NCBI GenBank assembly: GCA_038065655.1
Contig: JBBTQO010000009.1
Span: 218-64,217 of the forward strand
Source of the DNA: Patescibacteria group bacterium
Lineage (GTDB): Bacteria > Patescibacteriota > Minisyncoccia > Phycocordibacterales > WO2-35-19
Direction of reading: 5' to 3'
Length of the DNA stretch: 64,000 nt
The translations under genes and the position numbers were made by a program. The notes beneath the pieces are model-generated. The model searched no databases. It was not told the origin of the DNA and saw only the letters and a list, made by a program, of their open reading frames with translations. Below are positions 26,974 through 33,840 of this stretch, one piece after another. Each line of letters begins with the position of its first letter. Within the stretch, counting starts at the first letter, position 1.

Positions 26974-27246
26974 ATGAACGCACCAACAGGAATGAGATCC
27001 TTGGATGATATCATGGGAGATATCAGACAACATGAAGTGATCCACTATGAGCCTGATGGTTTGGGCGGATTCAGATGCAAAAAGTGTGGCGCCAAAATTC
27101 AGCAAACCACCTGCACCGTTTCTGTCCACACTAACCAATTTAGCAATGTGTGTGCCGGAGGCGGTGAAGTCTTGCAACTGCCTCTGCCGTACTGCTCTTC
27201 TTGTGAAGGGATGCCGACACACACAAGTACTTGTGTTCACGTTTAG
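26974..27246 (+). CDS. hypothetical zinc-ribbon small protein (cassette E3)
   Basis: GGAAAGGAG SD 9 nt upstream of ATG. 90 aa with FRCKKCG...CAGGG...YCSSCEG Cys pairs. Noticeably G+C-richer than its flanks. Terminator at 27258..27292. Confidence 0.5.
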   Translation: MNAPTGMRSLDDIMGDIRQHEVIHYEPDGLGGFRCKKCGAKIQQTTCTVSVHTNQFSNVCAGGGEVLQLPLPYCSSCEGMPTHTSTCVHV

Positions 27247-27257
27247 CAAGCCTATTG

Positions 27258-27292
27258 GGGGGTGATTTCGGTCGCTCCCCTTTGTTTATGCT
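27258..27292 (+). terminator. intrinsic terminator of E3
   Basis: Stem GGGGGGTGA...TCGCTCCCC followed by TTTGTTTAT. Confidence 0.45.
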
Positions 27293-27303
27293 AAAATAGT
27301 TTT

Positions 27304-27924
27304 ATGAATATTTTTAATGATTCAAATAGTGCTCAAAAAAAGTTCCAAGGTAAAATTGCTGGTTCGAAAGGGGCTGGATATGCTGAAATTTTTTTGAATA
27401 AGGAAGTAGAGAAGTTTCTCAGGGAAAATATATCTGATAAAAATACAAAAATAATTATTTATACTGATGGTTCGTCGCGTGGTAATCCTGGGCCGGGTGG
27501 TTTTGGAGCGATTATTTTTAGTAGAGAAAAAGTTTTGGAAATTGGTGGTAGAGAAGAGCAAACAACAAATAATAGGATGGAAATGAAAGCGGCGATTGAA
27601 GCTCTGAAAATAATTCCAGAAAATTCTTTTGTTGAGTTGCATGCAGATTCTGAGTATTTAATAAAAGGTATTACGATTTGGATTAAAAATTGGCAGAAAA
27701 ATAATTGGCGCACTAAAGATAAGAGGGAAGTTTTAAACCGCGATTTGTGGGAAGAACTTTTAGCACAAACAGAAAATAAAAATATAGAATGGAAAAAAGT
27801 AGTGGGCCACTCAGGTCACGAGTTTAATGATCGTTGTGATGAGATTGCTACAAGTTTTGCCGATGGCTTGAATGTTGATTTTTATAATGGCTCAGAATCA
27901 GGGTATTTCTTGTTTCATCAATGA
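27304..27924 (+). CDS. rnhA: ribonuclease HI
   Basis: IIYTDGSSRGNPGPGGFGAII...TTNNRMEMKAAIEAL...HADSEYLIKGIT.WI.NWQKNNW...VGHSGHEFNDRCDEIA are the canonical RNase H motifs. Confidence 0.85.
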   Translation: MNIFNDSNSAQKKFQGKIAGSKGAGYAEIFLNKEVEKFLRENISDKNTKIIIYTDGSSRGNPGPGGFGAIIFSREKVLEIGGREEQTTNNRMEMKAAIEALKIIPENSFVELHADSEYLIKGITIWIKNWQKNNWRTKDKREVLNRDLWEELLAQTENKNIEWKKVVGHSGHEFNDRCDEIATSFADGLNVDFYNGSESGYFLFHQ

Positions 27925-29528
27925 TTGCTTTTGTCGTTTCATTTGTTATAGGAATCGTTTTTGAAAAAATTTTTGGTTTGGGTTGGAGCATCGCCTTGCT
28001 CATAATTTTAGTTTCAGTAACTTTAAGGGCAATCCTTTGGGGCAATTCTTCAAGAGTTGCCCTTGGGGAAGAGAGTCAAAGACGCCCTTTGAAAGTTGTT
28101 CCCAAAAGGGCGTCTTTGACTTTCTTTGCGATTAGTTTGGCTTTTTCTCTCGGAATTTTGAGAATGAATTTTGTTAGCACTTCTCCTGATACAAATCTTT
28201 ACAAACTTATCAGCCAAAAAATTTCTTTTGAGGCCACTATTTCCGATGAGCCCGATATAAGAGATACTTCGGTGCGTTACATAGTCAGACCAGACTTTTC
28301 TTTGGAATATGTTTCTGAATGCACGGATATTTTCTTGCTAGAAAATTCCTCGTGCTCGGCTCAGTCAGCCTCGCAAGGCATTCATAAACACATTCCCTCG
28401 AAAAGTCTTGTACTTTTGGTCGCAAATAGATATCCTGAATTTCAATATGGCGACAAAATAAAAGTTTCTGGTAAATTAGATTTGCCAAAAAATTTCGTAG
28501 CAGAAAATGGTACAGAATTTGATTACATTTCATATTTAGCCAAAGATAAAATTCACTTTTTGATTTATCGTCCTCAAATTGAAAAAATAGAGGGTTATGA
28601 TGGTAGCAAAATTATTACCTCACTCTATTTACTTAAAAATAAATTCATAGAAAAAATTTCAGCGGTAGTGCCCGAACCAAACGCCTCTCTTTTGGGAGGA
28701 GTTATTTTTGGCGTCAAACAATCCTTGGGCACAGATTTGTTGGATGATTTTAGAAAAGTGGGGCTGATTCATATTGTAGTTCTTTCTGGCTATAACATTA
28801 CAATTATTGCGGTTGGCATATTTTACCTTACTTCTTTCTTAGGTAGAAGAAAGTTAGGTTTTGTTATAGGCGCAGTTTCTATTTTACTTTTTGCTATTAT
28901 GGTGGGCCTTGGCGCCACTGTAATCCGAGCTTGCATTATGTCTCTTATTTCTATTTTGGCGGTTTATCTCGGTCGACCTTCAGACGCATTACGCTTCCTT
29001 TTTATTGCTGGGTTTTTAATGCTCCTTTGGAATCCTTTACTTCTTTTTTATGACCCATCCTTTCAACTTTCTTTTATGGCCACATTGGGATTAATTTTAT
29101 TTTCGCCTTTTATTTTTTCTTTTATCACTGAGCACAAGTTTGGAAAGTTTATTTCAATCAAATTTGGTTTAAGAGAAATAGTTTCCTCCACATTAGCTGT
29201 TCAATTTTTTGTCTTACCTTTACTCATCAAGATGTCAGGTTTCGTTTCTTTAATTTCATTTTTAGTTAATCCAATTGTTTTACCACTAGTGCCGTGGGCG
29301 ATGGCCTTTGGCGCTTTGACTGGCGCACTCGGAATATTTTCTCAAATGCTTTCTTGGCCGTTTGGTGTCATTTCCTATTTTATTTCTCAAATAATAATTT
29401 ATATCACCGAACTTTCCGCAAATATTCCTCTTGCCACTTTGCAAACCGGATCAATTTCAATCTGGCTAATTTTTGTTTGGTATGTGGGTTATGGAGTTTT
29501 GTATAAAAAATTGTCAGCAGAAAAATAG
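27921..29528 (+). CDS. comEC: ComEC/Rec2 competence channel (membrane domain only)
   Basis: 535 aa polytopic. LLGGVIFGVKQSLGTDLLDDFRKVGLIHIVVLSGYNITII is the ComEC 'Competence' domain core. No MBL domain in this ORF. Confidence 0.7.
   Translation: MIAFVVSFVIGIVFEKIFGLGWSIALLIILVSVTLRAILWGNSSRVALGEESQRRPLKVVPKRASLTFFAISLAFSLGILRMNFVSTSPDTNLYKLISQKISFEATISDEPDIRDTSVRYIVRPDFSLEYVSECTDIFLLENSSCSAQSASQGIHKHIPSKSLVLLVANRYPEFQYGDKIKVSGKLDLPKNFVAENGTEFDYISYLAKDKIHFLIYRPQIEKIEGYDGSKIITSLYLLKNKFIEKISAVVPEPNASLLGGVIFGVKQSLGTDLLDDFRKVGLIHIVVLSGYNITIIAVGIFYLTSFLGRRKLGFVIGAVSILLFAIMVGLGATVIRACIMSLISILAVYLGRPSDALRFLFIAGFLMLLWNPLLLFYDPSFQLSFMATLGLILFSPFIFSFITEHKFGKFISIKFGLREIVSSTLAVQFFVLPLLIKMSGFVSLISFLVNPIVLPLVPWAMAFGALTGALGIFSQMLSWPFGVISYFISQIIIYITELSANIPLATLQTGSISIWLIFVWYVGYGVLYKKLSAEK
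28332..28383 (+). repeat. ~52-nt repeat, copy 2 (inside comEC CDS)
   Basis: ttcttgctagaaaattcctcgtgctcggctcagtcagcctcgcaaggcattc. Confidence 0.5.
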
Positions 29529-29561
29529 CTTCTTTTGTTCGGTACATAAATTTTTGTTTCG

Positions 29562-29635
29562 TCAAAATGAAAATTTGCAAAAGTCCTCGGGTCACCTCTT
29601 GCAGGGCTCAACCAGATTTTTGAAATTTTATTTTG
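29562..29635 (+). repeat. Family-D nested-IR element
   Basis: tcaaaatgaaaatttgcaaaagtcctcgggtc...ccagatttttgaaattttattttg. Confidence 0.55.
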
Positions 29636-29646
29636 CTTCACAAAAA

Positions 29647-30243
29647 TTATATAACTTCTGTAAAATTCTGTTCAATAACTTGCCAATTCAAATTTTCAAA
29701 AAAATCTTCAATGTATTGTTTTTTACCACTTGGTTGATAATCAGCAACGAAGGCATGTTCCCACATATCCAAAGCTAGGATAGGGGAGCAATTTTGCAGT
29801 TGGCCGATATGTTGTTCATCTATCCAAGTGTTTAAAAGTCTTTTATCTTTTTTATCCCAATAAAGCATAGCCCAACCTATGCCACGAGTGGTTGCCAAAG
29901 ATTTGAAATATGATAGCCATTTATCAAACGAGCCAAATTCTTCTGTAATGACCTTTTTTAATCCACTCGCATCATCCAAATTTTTAGTACCACCGGAAAG
30001 TGATTCAAAATACACCTCATGATTTCGCATACCGTTATATTCAAAACCGAATCTTCTTTGGGTCTCAGCTATAATATAAACATTAGCTTCTAGGTTAGCA
30101 CTCATTTCTTCGATTTTTTCTAAAACCAGATTGGCATTTTTTACATACCCGGCATAAAGTTTTAAATGTTCTTCAATATTTTTTTCTGAAATACCTTTAA
30201 GTTTTGGAATATTAAACTTTTTTTCTTCGAATTTTTGTGCCAT
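29647..30243 (-). CDS. Fe/Mn superoxide dismutase family protein
   Basis: C-terminal ALDMWEHAFVADYQ...NWQVIEQNF is the SOD signature. The N-terminal HHxKHH box is degenerate (EEHLKLY). Confidence 0.6.
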   Translation of the reverse strand: MAQKFEEKKFNIPKLKGISEKNIEEHLKLYAGYVKNANLVLEKIEEMSANLEANVYIIAETQRRFGFEYNGMRNHEVYFESLSGGTKNLDDASGLKKVITEEFGSFDKWLSYFKSLATTRGIGWAMLYWDKKDKRLLNTWIDEQHIGQLQNCSPILALDMWEHAFVADYQPSGKKQYIEDFFENLNWQVIEQNFTEVI

Positions 30244-30285
30244 ATTTTATTGGTTAATGTTATTTGACTATTATATCATTAAAAT

Positions 30286-31203
30286 ATGAGCTTTAAATTA
30301 AAAATTAGGCTGATTATTCTAACTATCTTATTATTTCTAACTATCTTTTCATTTTATATTGCCTGGCGAGAGGAGGACAGAGGTATTTTGACAGTGGTTT
30401 TTTTAAACATTGGTCAGGGCGACGCTACCTTTATTGAAGGGCCAAATGGTAACCAAATTCTTATAGACGGCGGTCCGGGTAAGTCGGTACTTAGAGAATT
30501 GTCTAAAGTTATGCCTTTTTATGACCGAAGTATCGATGTTGTTTTGGCAACTCACGCTGACCAAGACCATGTTGGTGGATTGCCGGATGTTTTAAAAAAG
30601 TATCAAGTAAATATTTTTATGGAAACAGGAGTGGCCGGAGAATCTTCTTCTTATGAAGAACTTGAAAAAATAGTTGGAGAAAAAGAAAGTGCGAGTAGGA
30701 TTAAAAAAATATTAGTCAGAAAGGGTATGGAGATTGATTTGGGAGACGGGGCTATTTTGCAAATTCTTTTTCCCGATAGAGATCCCTCGGGCATGGAGAC
30801 CAATACCGCCTCAATTGTGGCCAGACTTGTTTATGGTGAAAATGAATTCCTACTTACTGGTGACTCGCCACAAGTTATTGAAAAATATCTGGTTTCTTTA
30901 GGTAGTCGAGAGTGTCAAGGGCAACCCTTGAAATGCTCCGGTCCCAAAGGGTTGCCCTTGACACTCGAAAGTGACGTGCTCAAAGCTGGGCATCATGGCT
31001 CAAAAACCTCAACCGGCGCAGTCTTCGTTTCAGCTGTTTCTCCCCAATATGTCGTCATTTCTGCAGGTAAAGACAATCGATACGGCCACCCCAATCAAGA
31101 AGTATTAGATATTGTTTCCAATTTTGGAGCCAAAATATTTCGCACCGACGAGTCGGGCCGCATTATATTCCAAAGCGATGGAGTAAATTTGGAAGTTAAA
31201 TAA
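30286..31203 (+). CDS. MBL-fold metallo-hydrolase, ComEC C-terminal-domain-like, carrying an in-frame palindromic insertion
   Basis: N-terminal TM. HADQDHVGGL (HxHxDH). ...VLKAGHHGSKTS. Residues ...RECQGQPLKCSGPKGLPLTLES are encoded by the 57-nt palindrome at 30910..30966. Confidence 0.7.
   Translation: MSFKLKIRLIILTILLFLTIFSFYIAWREEDRGILTVVFLNIGQGDATFIEGPNGNQILIDGGPGKSVLRELSKVMPFYDRSIDVVLATHADQDHVGGLPDVLKKYQVNIFMETGVAGESSSYEELEKIVGEKESASRIKKILVRKGMEIDLGDGAILQILFPDRDPSGMETNTASIVARLVYGENEFLLTGDSPQVIEKYLVSLGSRECQGQPLKCSGPKGLPLTLESDVLKAGHHGSKTSTGAVFVSAVSPQYVVISAGKDNRYGHPNQEVLDIVSNFGAKIFRTDESGRIIFQSDGVNLEVK
30910..30966 (+). mobile_element. in-frame palindromic mini-insertion element, copy 1
   Basis: Perfect 20-bp arms GAGTGTCAAGGGCAACCCTT / AAGGGTTGCCCTTGACACTC around the loop gaaatgctccggtccca. 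57 nt = 19 codons, inside a CDS. Confidence 0.7.
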
Positions 31204-31267
31204 TAACTCTAAAATGTGTTGTAAAATAAAGCTATTTTGTCATCAACTCAATATTATGCAATAATAC

Positions 31268-31296
31268 TTGACAAATGTATATCTTTTTGCTATACT
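31268..31296 (+). promoter_or_regulatory. consensus sigma70 promoter TTGACA-N17-TATACT (cassette E1)
   Basis: tacTTGACAaatgtatatctttttgcTATACT. Confidence 0.6.
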
Positions 31297-31335
31297 TATA
31301 TCAGATGGGGTTCAAAGAGCCCCTAAGGAGACACA

Positions 31336-31428
31336 ATGAAGATCAGGAAGTTGAAGAAGAATCGACAGGTGCCACCGGCACCGAAACCGATTGCACTTAT
31401 GCTTGCGAACGCCTCCGGTCGAGACTGA
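31336..31428 (+). CDS. 30-aa peptide ORF inside GC-rich transcription unit E1
   Basis: AAGGAG SD 5 nt upstream. MKIRKLKKNRQVPPAPKPIALMLANASGRD. About 150 nt of GC-rich sequence follows before the terminator. Confidence 0.35.
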   Translation: MKIRKLKKNRQVPPAPKPIALMLANASGRD

Positions 31429-31572
31429 CGCCCTGGGCGCCGGCCGACACATTTCACTAGAAAGGAGGTATAGTCCAATGGATTGAACAATTGAGTTGCG
31501 CCAACCCGCGGTACAAGGCACCGTGGTTGCCACAAAGTCCAGTGGTGTATCAGAAACTATGGGCAAAAACTA

Positions 31573-31620
31573 GGGGTCCTGTCGTCATTGAAAACGCAGG
31601 CCCTTTTTGTTTATATTTTT
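31573..31620 (+). terminator. intrinsic terminator of E1
   Basis: AGGGGTCCTG...CAGGCCCT stem followed by TTTTTGTTTATATTTTT. Confidence 0.5.
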
Positions 31621-31661
31621 ACTCTTGTCAAAAATTTTAATATTTTATATAATTTGAATAT

Positions 31662-32273
31662 ATGGAAGGTGTTCAAGGAGAATCAATAGAAGAATCAGGG
31701 GGATATAAACTTTGGAGACAGTCTGATAGCTGTATTGCTCGCTTCTTTCTTAGTGGCGACAAGAATAATCCGCCCGAACTCGAAGATGAATTATTTGAAG
31801 AAATAGTACGTAAAGGTCCAGATGAGTATGCATTGTCAGTGAGAGCATGTTCTCTAGGAGAACTAAAAGAGAACCCACCAAATGATTTAGTTATAGATTG
31901 GAAATACGCAAAGGACTACAATCTATATTTTGATGAGAAAAATTGTAGATGGATTTATTGGATTGAGGGGAATATTACTAATCCAGATCATGACCTGATT
32001 CAACAGGGAATAGAAAAAAGGAGGCAAAAGGGAATAACTCACTCAGCGTTTAGGTTTTTTTTAAAAAATCCAAAAAAATATATTGATAATTTTACTACCA
32101 AAAATTCATACTGCCCTTTTACAAATAAAGAGATAGGATTTATTGAAAAAGCAAGAGAATACTCAAGACATGGAGAATACGAATCTGAAGATGGTGGAGT
32201 TAGGCATGATTATGAATCACTGAAATGTCCTTGTGGTTGTGGCAAAAGTGCAGAAGAAATTATAAATGAATAA
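31662..32273 (+). CDS. hypothetical protein
   Basis: 203 aa, no recognisable family. C-terminal CPFT...CPCGCGKS. TTGTCA-N17-TATAAT promoter whose -10 ends 8 nt before the ATG (leaderless-like). Confidence 0.45.
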   Translation: MEGVQGESIEESGGYKLWRQSDSCIARFFLSGDKNNPPELEDELFEEIVRKGPDEYALSVRACSLGELKENPPNDLVIDWKYAKDYNLYFDEKNCRWIYWIEGNITNPDHDLIQQGIEKRRQKGITHSAFRFFLKNPKKYIDNFTTKNSYCPFTNKEIGFIEKAREYSRHGEYESEDGGVRHDYESLKCPCGCGKSAEEIINE

Positions 32274-32289
32274 TATATAAAAATTTTTC

Positions 32290-32375
32290 TATACACTAAA
32301 TAATCTTTGCTTTTTTGAGGGTGGCGTAGGCGCCGTTTTTTTGGATGGTTTTGAGTTTAACCGTATTGTTTTTAC
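32290..32375 (-). pseudogene. fragment duplicating the 3' end of rpmB (L28)
   Basis: The minus frame encodes ...KNNTVKLKTIQKNGAYATLKKAKII*. Plus-strand 32308..32353 is identical to 32943..32988 (the rpmB 3' end). Confidence 0.6.
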
Positions 32376-32473
32376 GGCTGATGAGGCAAATTTATCATGT
32401 TTAAAATAGCTCTCCAAATAACCCTTATTTTAAGCCACGCTTTGGTTTTTATAAAAAGAAAATGAAATTTTGC

Positions 32474-32502
32474 TTGACAAGAAAAGCATAGTATGCTATA
32501 CT
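32474..32502 (+). promoter_or_regulatory. consensus sigma70 promoter TTGACA-N17-TATACT (cassette E2)
   Basis: tgcTTGACAagaaaagcatagtatgcTATACT. Confidence 0.6.
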
Positions 32503-32564
32503 TATGTAAGATAGTACTCCCAGGCTTATGTCGGGAGGTATAAAGCAAAAAAAAGGAGCCAGTC

Positions 32565-32846
32565 ATGTATAGAGTAAGATTTGAACTGAATTTCCATTCC
32601 GCTGACACAACGGAGTGGCAGGATTTCATCAAGGCCGGGGCTGGTCGGATACGGACTCGGTGCGTGGGGTGGAGTGTAGATTCTCCTCAAGATAAGTTTG
32701 AAATATGGGAGGCTAGGTCTTCCAGACCATTTGTGATCATCATTAACACTCGTGATCACGAGGGTTTCGTCAGGACTGAAAAGGTCCTCGTGGCCACCTC
32801 GGAAAGGTGGCAAGACACTCCAGTCGAACACTGGAGAAAGTTGTAA
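32565..32846 (+). CDS. hypothetical 93-aa protein (cassette E2)
   Basis: AAGGAG SD 7 nt upstream. MYRVRFELNFHSADTTEWQDFIKAGAGRIRTRCVGW.... G+C-richer than its flanks. Terminator at 32855..32900. Confidence 0.5.
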   Translation: MYRVRFELNFHSADTTEWQDFIKAGAGRIRTRCVGWSVDSPQDKFEIWEARSSRPFVIIINTRDHEGFVRTEKVLVATSERWQDTPVEHWRKL

Positions 32847-32854
32847 GAGTTTTA

Positions 32855-32900
32855 GGGCGTCGTGTGGGTTCAAATCCTACCGACGCTCTTTCTTTTTATT
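32855..32900 (+). terminator. intrinsic terminator of E2 with T-arm-like loop
   Basis: GGGCGTCG-tgtGGGTTCAAATCCtac-CGACGCTC followed by TTTCTTTTTATT. Confidence 0.55.
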
Positions 32901-32919
32901 AAAAATTTTTAAAGTTTAT

Positions 32920-33162
32920 TTATATAACTCCAGCTTTTTTGAGGGTGGCGTAGGCGCCGTTTTTTTGGATGGTTTTGATGGCTCGAGTAGAGAGAGTCAG
33001 AGTAAAAGATTTGTTGAGTTCGGGCACGAAAATTTTCTTTTTTTGTAAATTGGCAAATTTCCTTGTATTGCCACAAGGATTAAACTGGGTGGCGCGGGTT
33101 CGGTTTGAATAGGAACCGCCCATCTGAGATGATTTTTTTGTAATTGCACATTCTTTAGCCAT
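32920..33162 (-). CDS. rpmB: 50S ribosomal protein L28
   Basis: MAKECAITKKSSQMGGSYSNRTRATQFNPCGNTRKFANLQKKKIFVPELNKSFTLTLSTRAIKTIQK follows the L28 pattern. Confidence 0.8.
   Translation of the reverse strand: MAKECAITKKSSQMGGSYSNRTRATQFNPCGNTRKFANLQKKKIFVPELNKSFTLTLSTRAIKTIQKNGAYATLKKAGVI
32943..32988 (+). repeat. direct repeat partner of 32308..32353 (3' end of rpmB)
   Basis: 46 nt identical. Confidence 0.65.
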
Positions 33163-33218
33163 GACTCAAGTATACTAACAGATAATCATATCTTTGCAAG
33201 TGTGTTAAAATACAAGAT

Positions 33219-33833
33219 ATGGATTTTTTGTTTATTATCATCATCCTTATAATGTCGGTTGTGATACATGAAGTTTCTCACGGTTATGCGGCACTCGCCC
33301 TTGGCGATTCGACTGCCAAGTATGAGGGACGATTGACTTTGAACCCTTTTTCTCATCTCGACCCAGTGGGCTCGGTTTTGGTGCCTCTCATTGGCTATTT
33401 TGCCGGAGGGTTTATTATCGGTTGGGCTAAGCCAGTCCCTTTTAATCCTTACAATTTAAGAAACCAAAGATGGGGTGAAGCTTTGGTGGCAATAGCTGGG
33501 CCTCTTTCAAATATTTCTTTAGCAATTATATTTGGACTATTTATACGATTGGCCTCCGATTATGGATTTATTAATCCAGCTTTTTTGAGTTTGGCGGGTT
33601 TCGTGGTGATGATAAATATCGTCTTGGCCATATTTAATCTGGTTCCTATTCCACCCCTTGATGGTTCCAAAATACTTTCAGCCTTTTTGCCTTATAAATG
33701 GCATGGTTTTATGCAAAATCTAGAAAAATTTGGTCTAATTTTAGTCTTTGTTTTTATATTTTTATTTTGGCCAGTGATGAGCCCGATTATAAATTTTCTT
33801 TTTACTTTTTTGATTGGTCAGCCAATGCTCTAA
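33219..33833 (+). CDS. M50-family (site-2-protease-like) zinc metallopeptidase
   Basis: HEVSHG (HExxH) in TM1, ...NLVPIPPLDGSKIL, polytopic. Confidence 0.7.
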   Translation: MDFLFIIIILIMSVVIHEVSHGYAALALGDSTAKYEGRLTLNPFSHLDPVGSVLVPLIGYFAGGFIIGWAKPVPFNPYNLRNQRWGEALVAIAGPLSNISLAIIFGLFIRLASDYGFINPAFLSLAGFVVMINIVLAIFNLVPIPPLDGSKILSAFLPYKWHGFMQNLEKFGLILVFVFIFLFWPVMSPIINFLFTFLIGQPML

Positions 33834-33840
33834 AATTGCT

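Noticed and set aside
31300-31612. E1 RNA considered as RNase P RNA or tmRNA
   Set aside because: AAAGTCC and cagaaac motifs are present but are adjacent rather than about 250 nt apart. No P4-compatible pairing, no T-arm and no 3' CCA were found. It is left as an unassigned structured RNA.
32526-32873. 115-aa minus-strand ORF antisense to cassette E2
   Set aside because: It has no promoter or SD on that strand. The sense ORF has promoter, SD and terminator.
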